Numbered from the whole stretch's first letter, positions 1 to 15,166 are shown. The stretch: 61,938 nt of DNA, filler included, from Basidiobolus ranarum (GCA_040143965.1; 6 parts of 6 records of this genome joined end to end with filler, not necessarily neighbours in it); one strand, 5' to 3'. The notes: generated from the sequence alone by a model not told the origin. Numbers and translations: made by a program.

Positions 1-396
1 TTGGTATTTCTACGTTGGATTATTATGCTTATTTTATCTTTGGATTTCGTGCATCGTATCGGTCTTACTGGTCGTGGAGGTGCTACTGGCTCTTCCATTA
101 CTTTCTTTACTCATGAAAACGCTCGTCAAGCCAAAGATTTGATAAGTATTTTGCAAGAGGCTAAACAAGAAATCGACCCCAAGCTTTTAGAGATGGGACG
201 TTTCGGTGGTGGTTCTAAAGGAAATAGTAAGTGGTATTTAGAACAACACTATGTAGGACAGAACCTCAACCAGGTTTATCAACCAGATCGCCGTTTTGGT
301 GGTGGAGGGCGTGGAGGTCGTGGTGGAGGTAGCTATGGTGGTGGAGGTGGAGGTTATGGCGGTGGAAATTACGGAGGGGGTAATCGTCGCTGGTAA
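1..396 (+). CDS. DBP2: DEAD-box RNA helicase Dbp2/p68, 3' end only (partial)
   Basis: Translation [47 protein letters not shown] matches motif VI and the downstream Dbp2 segment, followed by an RGG/GGY tail ending NRRW. In-frame GTAAGT..CAG intron at 227-286. Motif VI deviates near the contig edge. Confidence 0.85.
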   Translation: MVFLRWIIMLILSLDFVHRIGLTGRGGATGSSITFFTHENARQAKDLISILQEAKQEIDPKLLEMGRFGGGSKGNSKWYLEQHYVGQNLNQVYQPDRRFGGGGRGGRGGGSYGGGGGGYGGGNYGGGNRRW

Positions 397-2267
397 ACGG
401 CCAGGTCAACATTTCCAACATTAGTATTACTTTGACTAATTTTATTCGATGTGTACCCTGAATGTTGGATACAAGGAAGTATGTTCTAGTCCAGCATACT
501 GGTATCATATCAGTTAGATTTGAAAATGATCATCACTCTAACCTATGCACTCATTTGTACCGAAAGATTTCCAATACCAAGAATGTCCATTGATCCAATC
601 GATCACATTCATTCTAACGTGACGAAACTTTCATTTCTTTTACTCTCAACACGCCTTAGTCTGAATCTGATTCCAAAGCATGTAAATACTTTCTTAATAA
701 TAAAGGAAAATTCTCTTTTTATGAGAAAATCCTTTCCTATGTTGAATCTTATGAAGTGAACATTGCTGGAATGGAGTTGATACTCAATTGTTGTCTATTC
801 ATTAACATTGACTATATGATGATTTATTGGAATTTTTAGTTCCATATCCATTCAGTCAAATGCAATGTAGCACAGGACGAGAGAAAATATAGCATGTAGT
901 GATGGTCATGGGATGTAAATAATCATTTACAACCTAGTCTGTAAAGTATGCCGTAAATATCCAATCTATGATAGGGGATTTTTTATTTTAAATTATATAT
1001 ATTTAATCCATCTGGTATATATCGTCTAGGCTCCATTTTATTGGTCGATCTTTCTTCTGAGCAGGCGATAACTACAATTGGCACTGGGAACGTAAGCTCG
1101 AACGGATGCGGCGATGGTAACACCGGGAAGGCTCTCCATATCAAGTGATTTGAGAAGTTCTTTAGATATTTCCAACTTTGAGTGGACTTAGAAACCAAAG
1201 TAGAGAATTCAGGAATATAATTATCTTTACGTTCTCTTTACTCTCAATCGATATTCATTTAATCGAATGATGGTTGAGATGATGAGCATCGATAATGATT
1301 CCAAGACTCAAGCAGCTTGATAAGTAGTAGTAGGGAGGCTTAGCTCACAATGTTCCTGCATACTACTGTATTAAGTTGCCAACCTAGGTATAGTCAGTTT
1401 CCTATATATCAGATACCTAAAAGGCGGTTTGGCGTAGAAAATCATATGACTGCTAATCTCCGTCATGTTATCGGATGTGCTACTTCTTAAATGGCTTACT
1501 TTCGATTTTTGAAGGAAATCAAGGTATCAGTTTTATCTTAGCTGTATTCCGAATCATGCTAACTGTGCATCTTCTATTAACTTCAACCAACTCCTTCGGA
1601 TGCCGTGTTTCATTTATAGATAAATTTGATCTCCAAGAGATCCAGACTCGGTGGGTTGCTTTCTAACCGACATGGTACGCCCGAACACAAGATGTCAAGA
1701 GCCAGTAAATCTTCCACGTGGGGCCCCCCTCCATGACCGCCCCTTATCAAAACTTGGTGACATGCGTTGGAAGTTAGATACGCTGGCAGCACCTGGTCTA
1801 AAGCTGAATTCTGATTTGTTTAGTTGTCGAGGGAATTTGTATGAATACATAGTAGATGCGAAAAGGAGTGAATGAAACAAACAAGTAAATTCCCGAAGGA
1901 TTGAGTGTGATGGCCCCTCTTAGCGCGTTTCAATAAAATAAATCAAGCTAAAGGATCAATATCGTATGTAGGTGATGTACATGCATTTTAACTCAACTTA
2001 GGCCATGACTGCCCTGAATTCGCAATATGTGAAGTAATTCTCTTTTAAAGCTCACCACAACCTTGATTGAATGGGAATTCTCTTGGTTCATTCTAAGAAG
2101 AATGATACGACTGCCTAGTTCAAAGGCAAAGATATCTAAACAGTGACTCTTCTTTCGCTTCGGTTCTTGAAAGAAAACCCTCTTTGATGATACGAAGTCT
2201 AGTAAACTACATCGTCTCTATTTTAACCGCTAACTCCAACGATCAGAATGAAAATACTGATAAACGC

Positions 2268-3446
2268 ATGCTAAAGAGCTTGCTCTATGCAGTGAAGCCT
2301 AGACCACGCTATTTAGCTTATTCCGTTGAAGAAACCATTCCAACCCACAAGGCTATCGACATAAAACTAACAAATAGCCTTCTGACAATATATGGACGTC
2401 CACAAGATTCGGCAGGTGTGGTGCTTCGGGGCAGGATGCGCGTAAATCTTAGAAAACCCATCCAAGCAAAATCCATCATGATGGTGTTTAAAGGAACCTT
2501 CACCACATATTCACCTATCGGTAAATATTCATAGAAATCTATTTTCATCTTAAATAATACTCAGACTTCCTTCAATACACTAGATAAATCATGTTGCGAG
2601 AAAACCATCGTAGAGCATCACCATTGCTTTTTACGCACCTCTGCTCAGAATCCAATCCTGAAAGCCGATTGCTATCAATTCGATTTTGAAATACCGTTGT
2701 GTGGTAATTTACCACCATCGGTTGTTACCGGCAAGGCAAATATTCAATACCAAGTGACTGGGATAATAGAACGTCCCTTCCTTTACAAAAACATAGTCAC
2801 CTACTGTCCAGTGTTTATTCAACGTGCAGCATTCCCAGATAACTTGGAGATCGACCCTTCAACCATGTTTTCCGGGATGTGGGCGTCATGTGTGTATTAT
2901 GACGTATCTACACCGGATTTAAATTTCGTTATCGGTGAATCCATCCCGTTATCATTTAAGCTTTGTGTTGTGGGAAAAAGGGTACAGCTTCATTATATTC
3001 ATGTACTATTGGAAGAGAGAATAACTTATCAAGATGAGGAATTTCTATTCCCAACTTCCGTGAATGAATCAATCTCTTGCCTAAAAATATGTTGTCCAGA
3101 TGTTCACGGATTGAGTTGGGAGGATACCATCTCACTCCCGATCCCCACTAAAACCCACGAAGGTTGTGCATCTATGTTTGTTGAAATATCTCACAAATTG
3201 ATAGTAAGATTCGCCATCAACCTACCTGATACTGGAATGAATATATTATTCGGCCAAATCCCCCTTAAACTCAAATCTACTACTCAAGCAGAGGCCTCAA
3301 GTCCTTTACCACTATATGAGCCGCAACAATTCCCACTCTCATCACTGACGTTCCCAACGGCTTCATCCCATCCTAAAATGAATAGAGAACTACCAAACTA
3401 TGACAATGGGCCGCCTCCCAAGTATCGTCCACTATTTGTAACATGA
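2268..3446 (+). CDS. Alpha-arrestin (arrestin N/C domain ubiquitin-ligase adaptor)
   Basis: Exons 2268-2520 and 2584-3446 (GT..TAG intron 2521-2583) give LRGRMRVNLRKPIQAKSIMMVFKG, YQFDFEIPLCGNLPPS, EISHKLIVRF and C-terminal PY-type motifs (LPLY, LPNY, PPPKY). An alternative ATG lies at 2187. Confidence 0.85.
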
Positions 3447-4082
3447 GTGATTCTCAGCGACATTTTTCAGTTTGGAGATGGTAGGAATCTTTCTTTAATC
3501 TTAGTTGAGGGTAATTTTCAAGGTAAAAAGTGATTATTTATAATGATTAGTTTGTAGTATACAAGTCAGTCCTCTGCGTGTAAAAATCGATTAGAGAATA
3601 ATCATATATTCAATTGATAAATCTGGTAAACTATAAACTTTGCTACAGTGTATGCTTCTCCTCTTGCTTACAGTCAGGGTGAATCCTATTGCGAGGAAGC
3701 TATCGTGCCATATACCTTCTTTTATACATGTTTTCCAGCCGGCTCTTGTTAATTTACAAGTGGAGATTAGATGCCAAGTGTAGTAGATGTGGTGAAATTC
3801 AAAGTGGTAGATAGTTTCCATCCATCTCATAGATAATTCCGTTGACCGAGAGCTAAGATGGTTTGGTATCAGTTGGATGAGTATAATATAAGCTTGGTCT
3901 ATGAGCTCTACTTACATTGTTAACAGCAGTCTCTAATCGTGGCTTATCAAACAACACAAATTCTTTAATAAGATGCTCCATAGTCACACCATTACCATTC
4001 GCTTTCCGAATAAACGCTTCGATTTCGCTCTCTGCAGAATCTATAATTACGATTTAACAATTGCACATCTTCCAAATTGGAA

Positions 4083-5089
4083 TTATAAAGAAGAATTACC
4101 GCCTAACCCAATAGTCTCAATACTAAATTCATCTACATCTTCATCTTGGCTAGACCCAAATATCTTAAAAGGTGAGGCCTTCGGCTCATCCGTAGGATTT
4201 TCTTGAGACATTCTGACAGGTGTTTGTGCTTCGTAAGCTATTGAGCGAATACTCTGTGGTGATAATGAATATTGGCCAGTTTCATTGGATTTACGAATAG
4301 GCGAGGGTGGAAACTTGTCAAGAAAGTAGTGATCTCGGTACAATTTTACTAACTCAAGAGAGCGAAGAACTTCATATATGGGGTCCTCTTGAGTTTCCCA
4401 GCTATAAAGTTGGTGAATATTGATATCCTCATTAAGAAATATTGATATTCTTTAACGGTACCCGTTACATTCAATCCAGCGACTCCATTCACCTTGTGGG
4501 AGGCTTTCAGTTGATAGTTCTTGCTCCATAAAGTAAACACTTAGATCCTGTGACCTTAGTGAACCTATTACTTCTATTTGATCACCAAGTACAAGTCTCT
4601 TTTGACGTTTCAAAGGGGAGTTATTAGAGTTGTCGAACAAAACTGGTAAAATACCAGTAGCATCGTCTAATTTAAAAAGGAAGAGTTAGAGACGTATGGT
4701 ACTATAGGAGATTTTCTCACGATTGAATTTACCCAAAAAACATAAAGTTTTGGTTATTTTAGGCTTCTCAGGAACATCAGAGTCTGGTTTCTCAGGTTCA
4801 CTTAGGGATATAATATCACTTTGTTGAACCAATATACCGGTGAATCTAAAACATTCAGTATTCATTTAATATAGAGTAACTTTGGTTGAAGGTTGTAAAC
4901 CAACCTCCAAAAGAAACCATAAATGCCTCACCTAACCTTGTCAAAACCAAACTTCGGTGACCCAGTGTAAAAGAGTTCTTCAGTTAGAATGTATTTTGCT
5001 GTTAACAAATCTTGAGCAAAGAGGATGCGATGAATACGTGGGTCGACAATTTTACTCTTTTGTGACTTCATCTTCTTTGGTTTAAACAT
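4083..5089 (-). CDS. OB-fold protein, STN1/RPA32-like (4 exons)
   Basis: Manual splicing (introns at 4846-4931, 4667-4732 and about 4402-4461) gives HRILFAQDLL...DKVRFTGILVQ...CFLDDATGILPV...LGDQIEVIGSLRS...EDPIYEVLRSLELVKLYRDHY. This resembles the Stn1 OB fold (DDGTG; DPNxELLHWLE). Confidence 0.6.
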
Positions 5090-5439
5090 TTTCTAAAGTT
5101 TGCCAGCAGAACCAAATAGTTGCACGTATCCTTCTCTTTGACACTTTTAAATAAGATGATTCTGTATATTAAAGGTAAATGCATAGAACTATATACCAAT
5201 TAAAATCACTTCCTACTGCGGAGTGAATCTTGATCTTTACCTATCATTATGGGAATATTCAGTAACTGGGAAACTTGTATTACCAATGTGACAATTCTAC
5301 GGTTTATTAAATTTCGTTAGGTATTTTACATTTCTGGAGAATTTATGCACAGTAAAGAAATTCCACGTCAAAAAGTAAATTGAAAGTAAAGATAGGATAA
5401 GTCTAGACTATTCACTACGTGTAGAAAAAAGATGCAGCA

Positions 5440-6348
5440 TTAAAGCTCCCAGACACTACCAGTATCAGAGTGGAGTTGCTCTTCAGGTACCCATCTGGTA
5501 ATTGCTTCAAGAACAGCCCGGCCACCCTTCATCTCCAAACCAGGTACAGTATCGTGATTAATAAATTCATTAGAAAGACGGTCGGCAAACACCATCATGG
5601 TAGAACCAACACTAATACTTTTCTTGGCCGATTTATTGGCTAAGGGTGCGGTGGTTGAGCAGTTGGCCAAGTGGTAAAGAATGAAATTCTCCATCTCAAG
5701 AGAGACAGCGTTAGGAAGCTCTTTATCGATTCTGTCAAAAAGATCTTCGTTATGATCAATAAAGTTCTCGTCAACACGACCTTGTGAAGAATAAAAGGAG
5801 TCGGCGTTGATATTTAAACCTTTGTGAACTCTATCGTCTCCAAAAACTTTGGATAATTCATCGTTGAGAAGCTCTACTACATCTGGATCAGCAGGTGCTG
5901 GTTTGGTGATTATGTAAGGTTGGAGTCCGTCATTATCGGGGGTGAAGTAGTCGTAGTTTCTTAGAATCCCAACGGCACTGTCGGGGACAATGAAGTTACC
6001 AACATTAGCTCCTTTGAGCGATCCACAGGAGCCAAAACGAATCATACACATAGGGCCATCCACAACTGCGCGAACTTCACGTACGAAGAAATCTACCAAA
6101 GCGTTACCCATACCTATGGCAATAATGGAGACGGGAACACCGTTATAACGACCAGTAGCGGTATAAAAGTTGCGATGAGACATATATTCAAACACTGGGG
6201 GTTCAGCGTCTAAGAGTTTCGCCATGCGCTTTGCGCGAGCGTGATCACCGACGGTAATGACTCTATTAGCACACTCACCACGCTTTAATTCGACGTGATA
6301 GGTCCGTCCATCAGAAGTCATAGGGAAGTTAGCGTTAGAGAAGACCAT
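5440..6348 (-). CDS. Uridine/purine nucleoside phosphorylase (PNP_UDP_1 family)
   Basis: Intronless 302-aa ORF with YH, VGDxxRA, IGMG, IRFGSCG, ADSFYSSQGR and LEME motifs. Confidence 0.9.
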   Translation of the reverse strand: MVFSNANFPMTSDGRTYHVELKRGECANRVITVGDHARAKRMAKLLDAEPPVFEYMSHRNFYTATGRYNGVPVSIIAIGMGNALVDFFVREVRAVVDGPMCMIRFGSCGSLKGANVGNFIVPDSAVGILRNYDYFTPDNDGLQPYIITKPAPADPDVVELLNDELSKVFGDDRVHKGLNINADSFYSSQGRVDENFIDHNEDLFDRIDKELPNAVSLEMENFILYHLANCSTTAPLANKSAKKSISVGSTMMVFADRLSNEFINHDTVPGLEMKGGRAVLEAITRWVPEEQLHSDTGSVWEL

Positions 6349-8950
6349 ATCCTAAAGTATATAATTTGGTGTACAAGTATGAGTTGATAATGTTTACAGA
6401 ATTGATCAAATGAATGCTCTTATATATGAATTGTAAGACAGGGAATGGACAAGAGTGATTTTTGCAGTAGCTCAGGGGTTGGTTTCCTCAGTAATGTAGT
6501 ATAATGCCACAAAGCGGCTTTGGGACTGACAATGCTACCCTATATGGATACTCTCTTTGCCAATCAACCTCCACCATCTGTATTCCCTCAGGTTCGAGAA
6601 TACCACGCTTGTCAGCAGAGGAGATAATGGGGTTCTGCAGTGACCTACACCGGGTGGCAGAAGTGCCAGACTCTCTACTTGCAAACGGGCCACTCGTGAT
6701 AGAAATGTTAATTAGTTTACCACCTTTGTAGCCATTCATATGACACCAAATTTATCAAGGCCTTTACTGGGTCGCCCAATTAGCTCTCGATTTATTTTAT
6801 GGAGATCTTTTCTAGAATCAAGCAGTAATATGGATTTGTTGGACAAACCATATCAATTTAGAATTCTACCAAACAGGTAATTCTCAGGCTTAACGTACGT
6901 CCGCCACACATGCAATAGTAAAGAAGACCATCGTGAAGCCTCCTACTATCTATAATCATATGTCTCATATGTGGGCCCACGATGTACAAAGTCTAATGCT
7001 TTTATGAACCCGCTACAGCTTAAAAAACCATGGGATAGTCCCCACATGCCATAACGATTTATCTGCCAATAAGCGCGAGACAGGTTGACAGGCCAACAAA
7101 TTTATTGGGGAATCATCCTATTTGTACGTGACATTTTGAAATTAAAGTAAATGCTTATTTCTACCTCAAATATGCGTCTAAAAGTATATATAAGTCACTA
7201 TAGAATTGGGCTGAACCGTTTAAGCGTTCAAGTGTGCTTAATCTAAACCGAGAAGCTTTGCGCTGTCTCTGATTAAAGAGAGATATGGCTAGGCCTTTTG
7301 ATGATGATAATTGATGGATATGAACATAAGTGTGCCAATGTGGCTGGTTTCTTTACGCTTGATACGCATTTAGTGAATTCAATTTCAGTCGTCACAACTA
7401 GCTAGAAACCTTACTGTTGCTTAGACTCATTCAGTAGACTGCGTTAACCCTGCATCCAAGAAGATGGTTACTGCTGTCAATCTGGATACAGCTCAACATG
7501 AAACCCTACTCAGTTTAGTTGCAAAAAAGTAATTAGAGCCTGATTCTCTCATAAACACGTGACTGCACCTGTGTATAATGTGTTGCTTTTCGGAAGAGTT
7601 ACAGAGTAAATCCGTACATCAAGTATATACGCAGCAACCTCTAGGCTTGCTACCTCTGTTCACCATATATATATAAAATATACACTTCAGGAGACAATTT
7701 TCAGGGATGCTTATTGCTCAACTAATTAAGCGTGATTTGTATTTAGCTGTAGGAGGGGGCTGATATGTAATATAAGGTATTTCATTCAGGGATCTCACAA
7801 AGGACTAGTCTACAAGAGCAATCCCATTATGGAGAAAAGCAGAAAGCCTTGATAACTTAATGGACAGTGTGAGCACTTATCTCTATTAAGCTGCCAACGT
7901 TGGATTTACATTATCCGTGAGCCCGTATTTCGCATGATAAACACAAGTATAACTGCAGGAGAAAACCCAAAAATAACATCAATTGTTAGGTACATCAAGC
8001 AGACTAAGAAATGCATGCACCAGTAGGCCAATATAAGCTCACTACTTCAATTGGTTGGAAAAAGAGATAGGTGGAGTGAAAAACAATAATACCTCCATAA
8101 GTCATTATTAGATATCCAACATGGATGAGATAAACCCATTTTTTAGGTTACTTTTAGTGCAAGATAAGGCAAAGCAGGCTGTTTTTGGTATCTACGTTCT
8201 GCTGAAGATATCCCTTTATACTTCACCATTCATATGGTCAGAATTGACTAAAGTAAGCGAAATATCGCTAGAGAATGCCTAAATTACGCATTAACTAGCA
8301 TTTGGTTCTTATCGAAGGGTTTTATCAAGGTAGTCCAGATATAGGAAAAAGATCGCTCGAAACGAAAAGATAGTAACGTAGTGATTGATTTCTCATAACG
8401 TACTTACACGTCTTATCCTCATGTTTAATCCAGTTGAAGGGAAACTCAACCTTCTAGTAGAGCTTGAGATCTGACACACGACCAAGGATCTGAGAAGTAT
8501 CAGATATAAATAGTTCCTTGTGCCACTACAGAAGAATTACTATGCCATTACATTAAATTTAAGTTGTGTGCTCCCTATATTGGTTGAGTTACGTGTTAAA
8601 TGACCAAAACTCCAAATAGGGATGCAGCGTCCAGCTGAAACGAATCATTGAGCCACATTGCATGATAAGATCAATGTATAACATGACGTATATGGGATTT
8701 AATATATTTGTAATTGATTACAAAAACAGTGAAAGAGCACGAATCAGATGTTTCTTGCTAAGAAACAAGAACTGGTAAATTTAGAAGAATTTTGATTGCT
8801 GGGGAATTACTTGGTGGTGCAAAAGTATGTTTAACGCATCAAGTGTAGTGCTGGATCGCTCGTTGTTCAGCAATTTCACATTTCCTGCGAACACTCGTGT
8901 ACTAAAAGAATGTTGTAGTCAATTTCGGTCGGTTATTAAGTGATGTTGTT

Positions 8951-10265
<1,315 letters not shown>

Positions 10266-10365
10266 NNNNNNNNNNNNNNNNNNNNNNNNNNNNNNNNNNN
10301 NNNNNNNNNTTAATTAATTAANNNNNNNNNNNNNNNNNNNNNNNNNNNNNNNNNNNNNNNNNNNN
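10266..10365. other. Artificial contig-joining spacer (N run with TTAATTAATTAA)
   Basis: 100-nt N run with a six-frame stop linker in the middle. Confidence 0.97.
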
Positions 10366-11863
10366 TATAGCAAGATATTACTCTCACTGTGAGCAGTAGG
10401 TCAGTCCACACTGTCCTACACACAGAAGTTGATTACAGTTCGAATTCACGGCACGCAAACTTCGCTTGTTGCGAGTCCTAATGCTATCCATAAACGATAC
10501 CCCTTAAAGAGGACCAGGAAGTAGGTTTTAGAATTCGGAAATCCTCCACTCTGCTTAGAGTCATCCAATTGTATACGTCACCCCTCCCCCATCGAGCGCC
10601 AACATTTCAGGTGAATGACTTGCCTCCATCATCCCCCTAACTTCATACAAATGATCAGGATTTCGAATGATTTGGGAGCTCCAGGGCGAGAGACCATCTC
10701 CACCCAAAATAAGCAGTATGATTGAATCTCGCGCCCATTTATTAAACCATTCACACTATTTTGGGCAGTCAATTCCTACTTAGTTTCACAGTATAGAAAT
10801 CCAAAATTACCAATCTAAACGGTGGGGATTGTCTGACAATCAATATTGGTGTATCCTCGTTCACCCTCGCCATTCGTGGATTGGTGCCATCATCAAGCCA
10901 ATTCCACTCTAACTCTCCTTGAAAGTAGGTTATCGTAGTCACGTGCCCTCATCGGTTACTTTTGACTGTCATCAAGGCTGAAGTTAGATTTTCTCGGAGA
11001 CCGCTTGACTCAAATTTCTTTCCGAGAATCTCCTTGCATTGTCCCGAACATCTATGCTCAGGAAACCTCTGGTGCACGTTTGAAGGGAGAGTATTTCAGT
11101 AGCAGTCCCTCAAATGAATTCGAGGATAAGGATAGGAAGTCACATCTACCTAAACTACTGTCTAAATGAAAAGGGATATTTATTTCTTGGAAAGCTGGGT
11201 GAGAACCATTTTTCAACATCATGATTGGTAGATAGTGGATAAACATTTCCACCCGCCTATTGGCTGTAGCCCAATTCAATTTAAGCAGCTCGTGCTGTTA
11301 CAAGTCTCGCTAGTCTAGAGTATAGTGTAACCTAGTTAAGCATAGGTATGTTACTGTCGGGAGTGGTAATATGACAATTGAGTGACGATATACTGAATTA
11401 AGGTTTTAGGCAGTCTTAGTAAAGGATTGAGATGTGTAAGTTGCCAGCTTTCACTTTCTTTCACCTGCCAGAGAGACTATAAGCCCTTGTAGAGATAGTT
11501 GCGATGAGTTAAGTTCTCTTTTGTTTACCGATTCATCGCTGCTACTTGTATTCTTTCTTACCCTCCGGTACCAAATCATTCGAGGGATCAGAGATGAATT
11601 GAGAGAGGGCTCAAGTTATTCAAAGGGATCTCAAGAACTAGTGTGGACAAGTGAGCATTAGTCTCACCTTTTTATTAGTAATATTGAAGGTTTGTACACT
11701 TTTCTCATATATAATTTCGGATTACCAATGTATAAATGTACAAATAATAAAGCAATCGGATGAGAAGAATGATTGGGGGAAGGGAAATGGAAAGTAGTTG
11801 ATTCAAAAGTATCGCTGTAAATTTGGAACACTGGAAGTGGCTTTAGCATTGACTTCGTGAGGA

Positions 11864-13580
11864 TTATTTCAATCGAACGGGATTTTCTTTCGTTGTGCGA
11901 TCAATTTCAATCAAGGAATTAGCTACGAGCATGTAAATACATTGTAATACTTGACCCTGTGGAATTCCCTCCGCAGCAACCTTCTCCTTCAGAAGGTTGG
12001 ATGATATCTCTCCGTTATTCTCTTTGATCGTTCGCAGAACTATCGCCGCAGTTTGGGTTTGTGGTGTTGGAGGCATTGAACAAACCAAATTATTATCATT
12101 CTCTTGGAAGTTAGCGATCAAGAAGATCAATCTGTCTTGAATGTTACTAATTCAATCTCAGTTAGAACTCCCGCGTGAAATACTTGGCAATAAACTTGTG
12201 AGGTCACTTACTTGAGTACGTCTGTGGTCATTTTGTTCATTTCGGCGCTCTCGCATTTGTTAATTATATCAGTCAACGTTTGCAATGTCTCGTTCTAAAT
12301 AGTAATTTGAATTAGATTCCGAGTCGGGGATATGCTTAAAATCATTCGTTATAGTTACCATAGAGGGTTCGACACTTTCACTGCCATTTGACGACTAGAA
12401 AAAAGTTGATTTAGATGCTTGGTAAGGCTACAGCCATTTTGAAGTGAATTCAAGGGGATTCCTTTACCTTAGATCCTATAACCAGCTTTTGGAGTTCTTC
12501 GAATTGACTTTCAAGTGTGTAGCAAAGACCGGATTTTTTGACGACCTGTTTCGGCTGCATAACCTTTTCCTCCTCCACTTCTACAGCAAATGAGTCAACT
12601 CTTGGTAAAGTAAATATGATTATAACGAAAGTATTCCTTTGTACCTAATTGTTCAAGTTGCAATTGTTTCCGTTCTAATTCCAACTTCAGCTCTTCTATC
12701 AAGTTAAGTTCGTTGTTCTCTTCTATAGTCATTTCTTCCAGTTCATCAGCCAGTTGTTTAATAGCATTACTAGCTTTCTTCTTTTCCTCGATAGAACTCT
12801 CCAAGCTCTCCTTTTGTTCTTTGCGATTGTTGAAAATCTTTTTCAAAGTATCTAAATCTTGTTGTTCTCCTTCAATTTGTTTATTCAAATCGGATACATC
12901 TAAATTCATTCCTCGATTTGTCTCATCTTCTGGTTGAATCTAAGGAATTCAGTTAGAATAGATTAGGGAATGTATCGAGTAATTTATGTACTAATCTTAC
13001 CCAAGACAACTTCTCTTCAGCTTCTTGAATATCCTTGTTGAGTGTATCATGTTTATCAGAAAGAGCTTCCAATAATTCATTACTCTCATCATCTTCACTG
13101 TAAAAGAAATCAACAAAGATTCCGAACCATCAACCACTATGTAATACATACCAGAAGTGTAAAATATTTTTGGCACAATCTAATAAGACGGGTATGTTAT
13201 CGAAATTTTCTTCAATCCTACGTAGATTTTCTTCTATCAATCTGTCAAAAGAGTGAGAAAATTAAGAACTAAAAAAAGTGAAGTTCAAATATAACAAAGT
13301 GATAATACCTTTCAACACTTTGCTCTGCATCAACTCGAGAGAATAGCTTACACTCTTGGGGTACAGCATCACGTACGTTGAAGTTTCCTACAGAAACATT
13401 GTTTTCAAATTGTCGACGGATGGCGGTAGCACTGGTTCGAAATTCCAAGGCGTTAATCTCTCGGTTGTTTCGACCACTTGTTGTATTAGCTCCTCCCACG
13501 ACATGATAAGATATGACTTTGAAAAATTCCTTGGTTAAGGTGAAAAATGGGTCGATGTTACAGTCAAGTGATGATTTCAT
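11864..13580 (-). CDS. Multi-exon hypothetical coiled-coil protein with small C-terminal helical (winged-helix-like) domain
   Basis: Several same-strand ORF pieces (13269-13580, 12595-12909, 11864-12130) separated by GT..AG introns. The centre is E/K/L-rich heptads. Confidence 0.7.
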
Positions 13581-14322
13581 TCATATCTGACTTTTTCAAT
13601 GTTGTCTACTTGAATTCGGTTCGGGATCCTTCATTGGTTGTTATACCTATAAATAAACAATATTCACCAAAATCAAAACATAGAAATCCTTGACCGAGAC
13701 ACGTGATCAAATAGGAAATTATCCTAAATCTCGTAAAAATATCCCTTAAGATCAATTATACATATGAACTCTATATTTCTACAAATATTCGACTATTCTT
13801 TTTCTCATTACTAAAATATATCATCCAATGGTAAGAAAGATAGCCTAGCAAACTTACGCGCTGAGCATCAAAGAGATGCGAGAGGGTGCACGATTCTGAT
13901 AAACGCTTGAATACTTTGAGACTCTTTAGTTAGGTTTATTGTGGTTAGGAAAGAGTATTACGTTCAAAAAAGTTTAAACCGAAAGGACTCCGTGTTAAAT
14001 TAAAAGGGTTAAAGTATGATTGAGAACGAAAGCGGATGAAAAACTGCAGTAAGGATGTGGTCGTTTACACTGGACCGTTTTCCCAAACTATCTTGATGGA
14101 TTTTTACATGACTGCATCGGAGAAACCGATAGACTGATGACTACTATAAGACAAGGGCTAGAAGAATCGTGAAAGTGGTGGAAATGGTGGGTTATAAGAA
14201 ACATCGGTGATGGGAAGGTAGCGATATATATAATATGTATATATAATTATATATTTATAAATACTGGCCCAAGGGAAAGAAGCTGGAGCCGTGAGGAAGC
14301 ATTGATGAGACAAGATACGCTA

Positions 14323-15166
14323 TCAAGGTATTATTTCATCGACAACTTCAAACTCATCAGTTAGCCCCATTCCTTTCAATAGGCTAATGGCTAGCTGTAG
14401 TTGTTCAGAGGTGGGCTTATAGTGTCCACTACTTCTACTAATCCATTTCAGATGACCCTTATTAACAATGACCATACCAGCAGCCCGAACTCTTCCACCT
14501 GCCAAAAAGGTAGAATGATGGAAGTAGCCTGGGAATTTTCTGGCCATATAAAAGTTGTTTTCATGGTCGACCACGAATATGCCTTCCATTCCCTTAACGA
14601 AAAGTTTGGGTAAATGGACCAATCGTTTAGAGTCCTTATAGATCAATCTTCCTTTTTCATCACAGGCAATCTGATAGCGTAAACTTTCCTCAGGCTTAAG
14701 GAAGCTTACACGACTAAGTTTGCCCTTAAGTCTGATTGCCCAAAGTCCAGGCAGTCCACGATACCCTTTGGTTTTATCCAACCATGTGAAAAAATCATCG
14801 TCGGTTTCACTTCGAAGCCACTCCTTGTGGAAGACATGAAGAACTCCACCCCAGCGGTGATTCTTATCTACAGCCTCAAGCCAATAGCTTTCGCAGAGTG
14901 CTGAAGTAGAGTTTTTCCCTTCAACCTAGTAACAAAAAGACGGGTTAAACTCAATAACATAAAGGGAGATATCAACAGCAGGGATACGTTACCTTCCAGC
15001 TTGGCTCCATAGTATCCAGAACCTTCTCGAGTTTGGGCGAAAACTCTCCGTTTAAAACACTTTTTCTTAGCTTTGCCCAACGCTCGAAGGTGGCTGCAGA
15101 AGTGACCACGGTTGGTTGGTTTCTCACAGGTTCAATGTCCTCTGTGATAATTTCAGAGTTCACCAT
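14323..15166 (-). CDS. IQM-family protein (homologous to the plant IQM1-6 core domain)
   Basis: Intron 14926-14992. Motifs YWLEAVDKNHRWG, FFTWLD, IFVVD, FHHSTFLAGGRVRAAG and SGHYKP match the IQM core. An alternative upstream ATG lies at 15256. Confidence 0.8.

Noticed and set aside
40-75. Dbp2 motif VI reads HRIGLTGR instead of HRIGRTGR, and the expected splice acceptor is missing, suggesting a dead helicase
   Set aside because: It lies in the first 75 nt of a contig. Similar corruption of conserved motifs occurs at other contig starts, so low-quality consensus is more likely.
6400-8950. 2.5-kb stretch without a long ORF
   Set aside because: I found no RNA gene, repeat or identifiable coding remnant by eye.
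10780-11170. Coding-like plus-strand frame broken by stops
   Set aside because: No recognisable motif, so neither a pseudogene nor a TE call can be supported.
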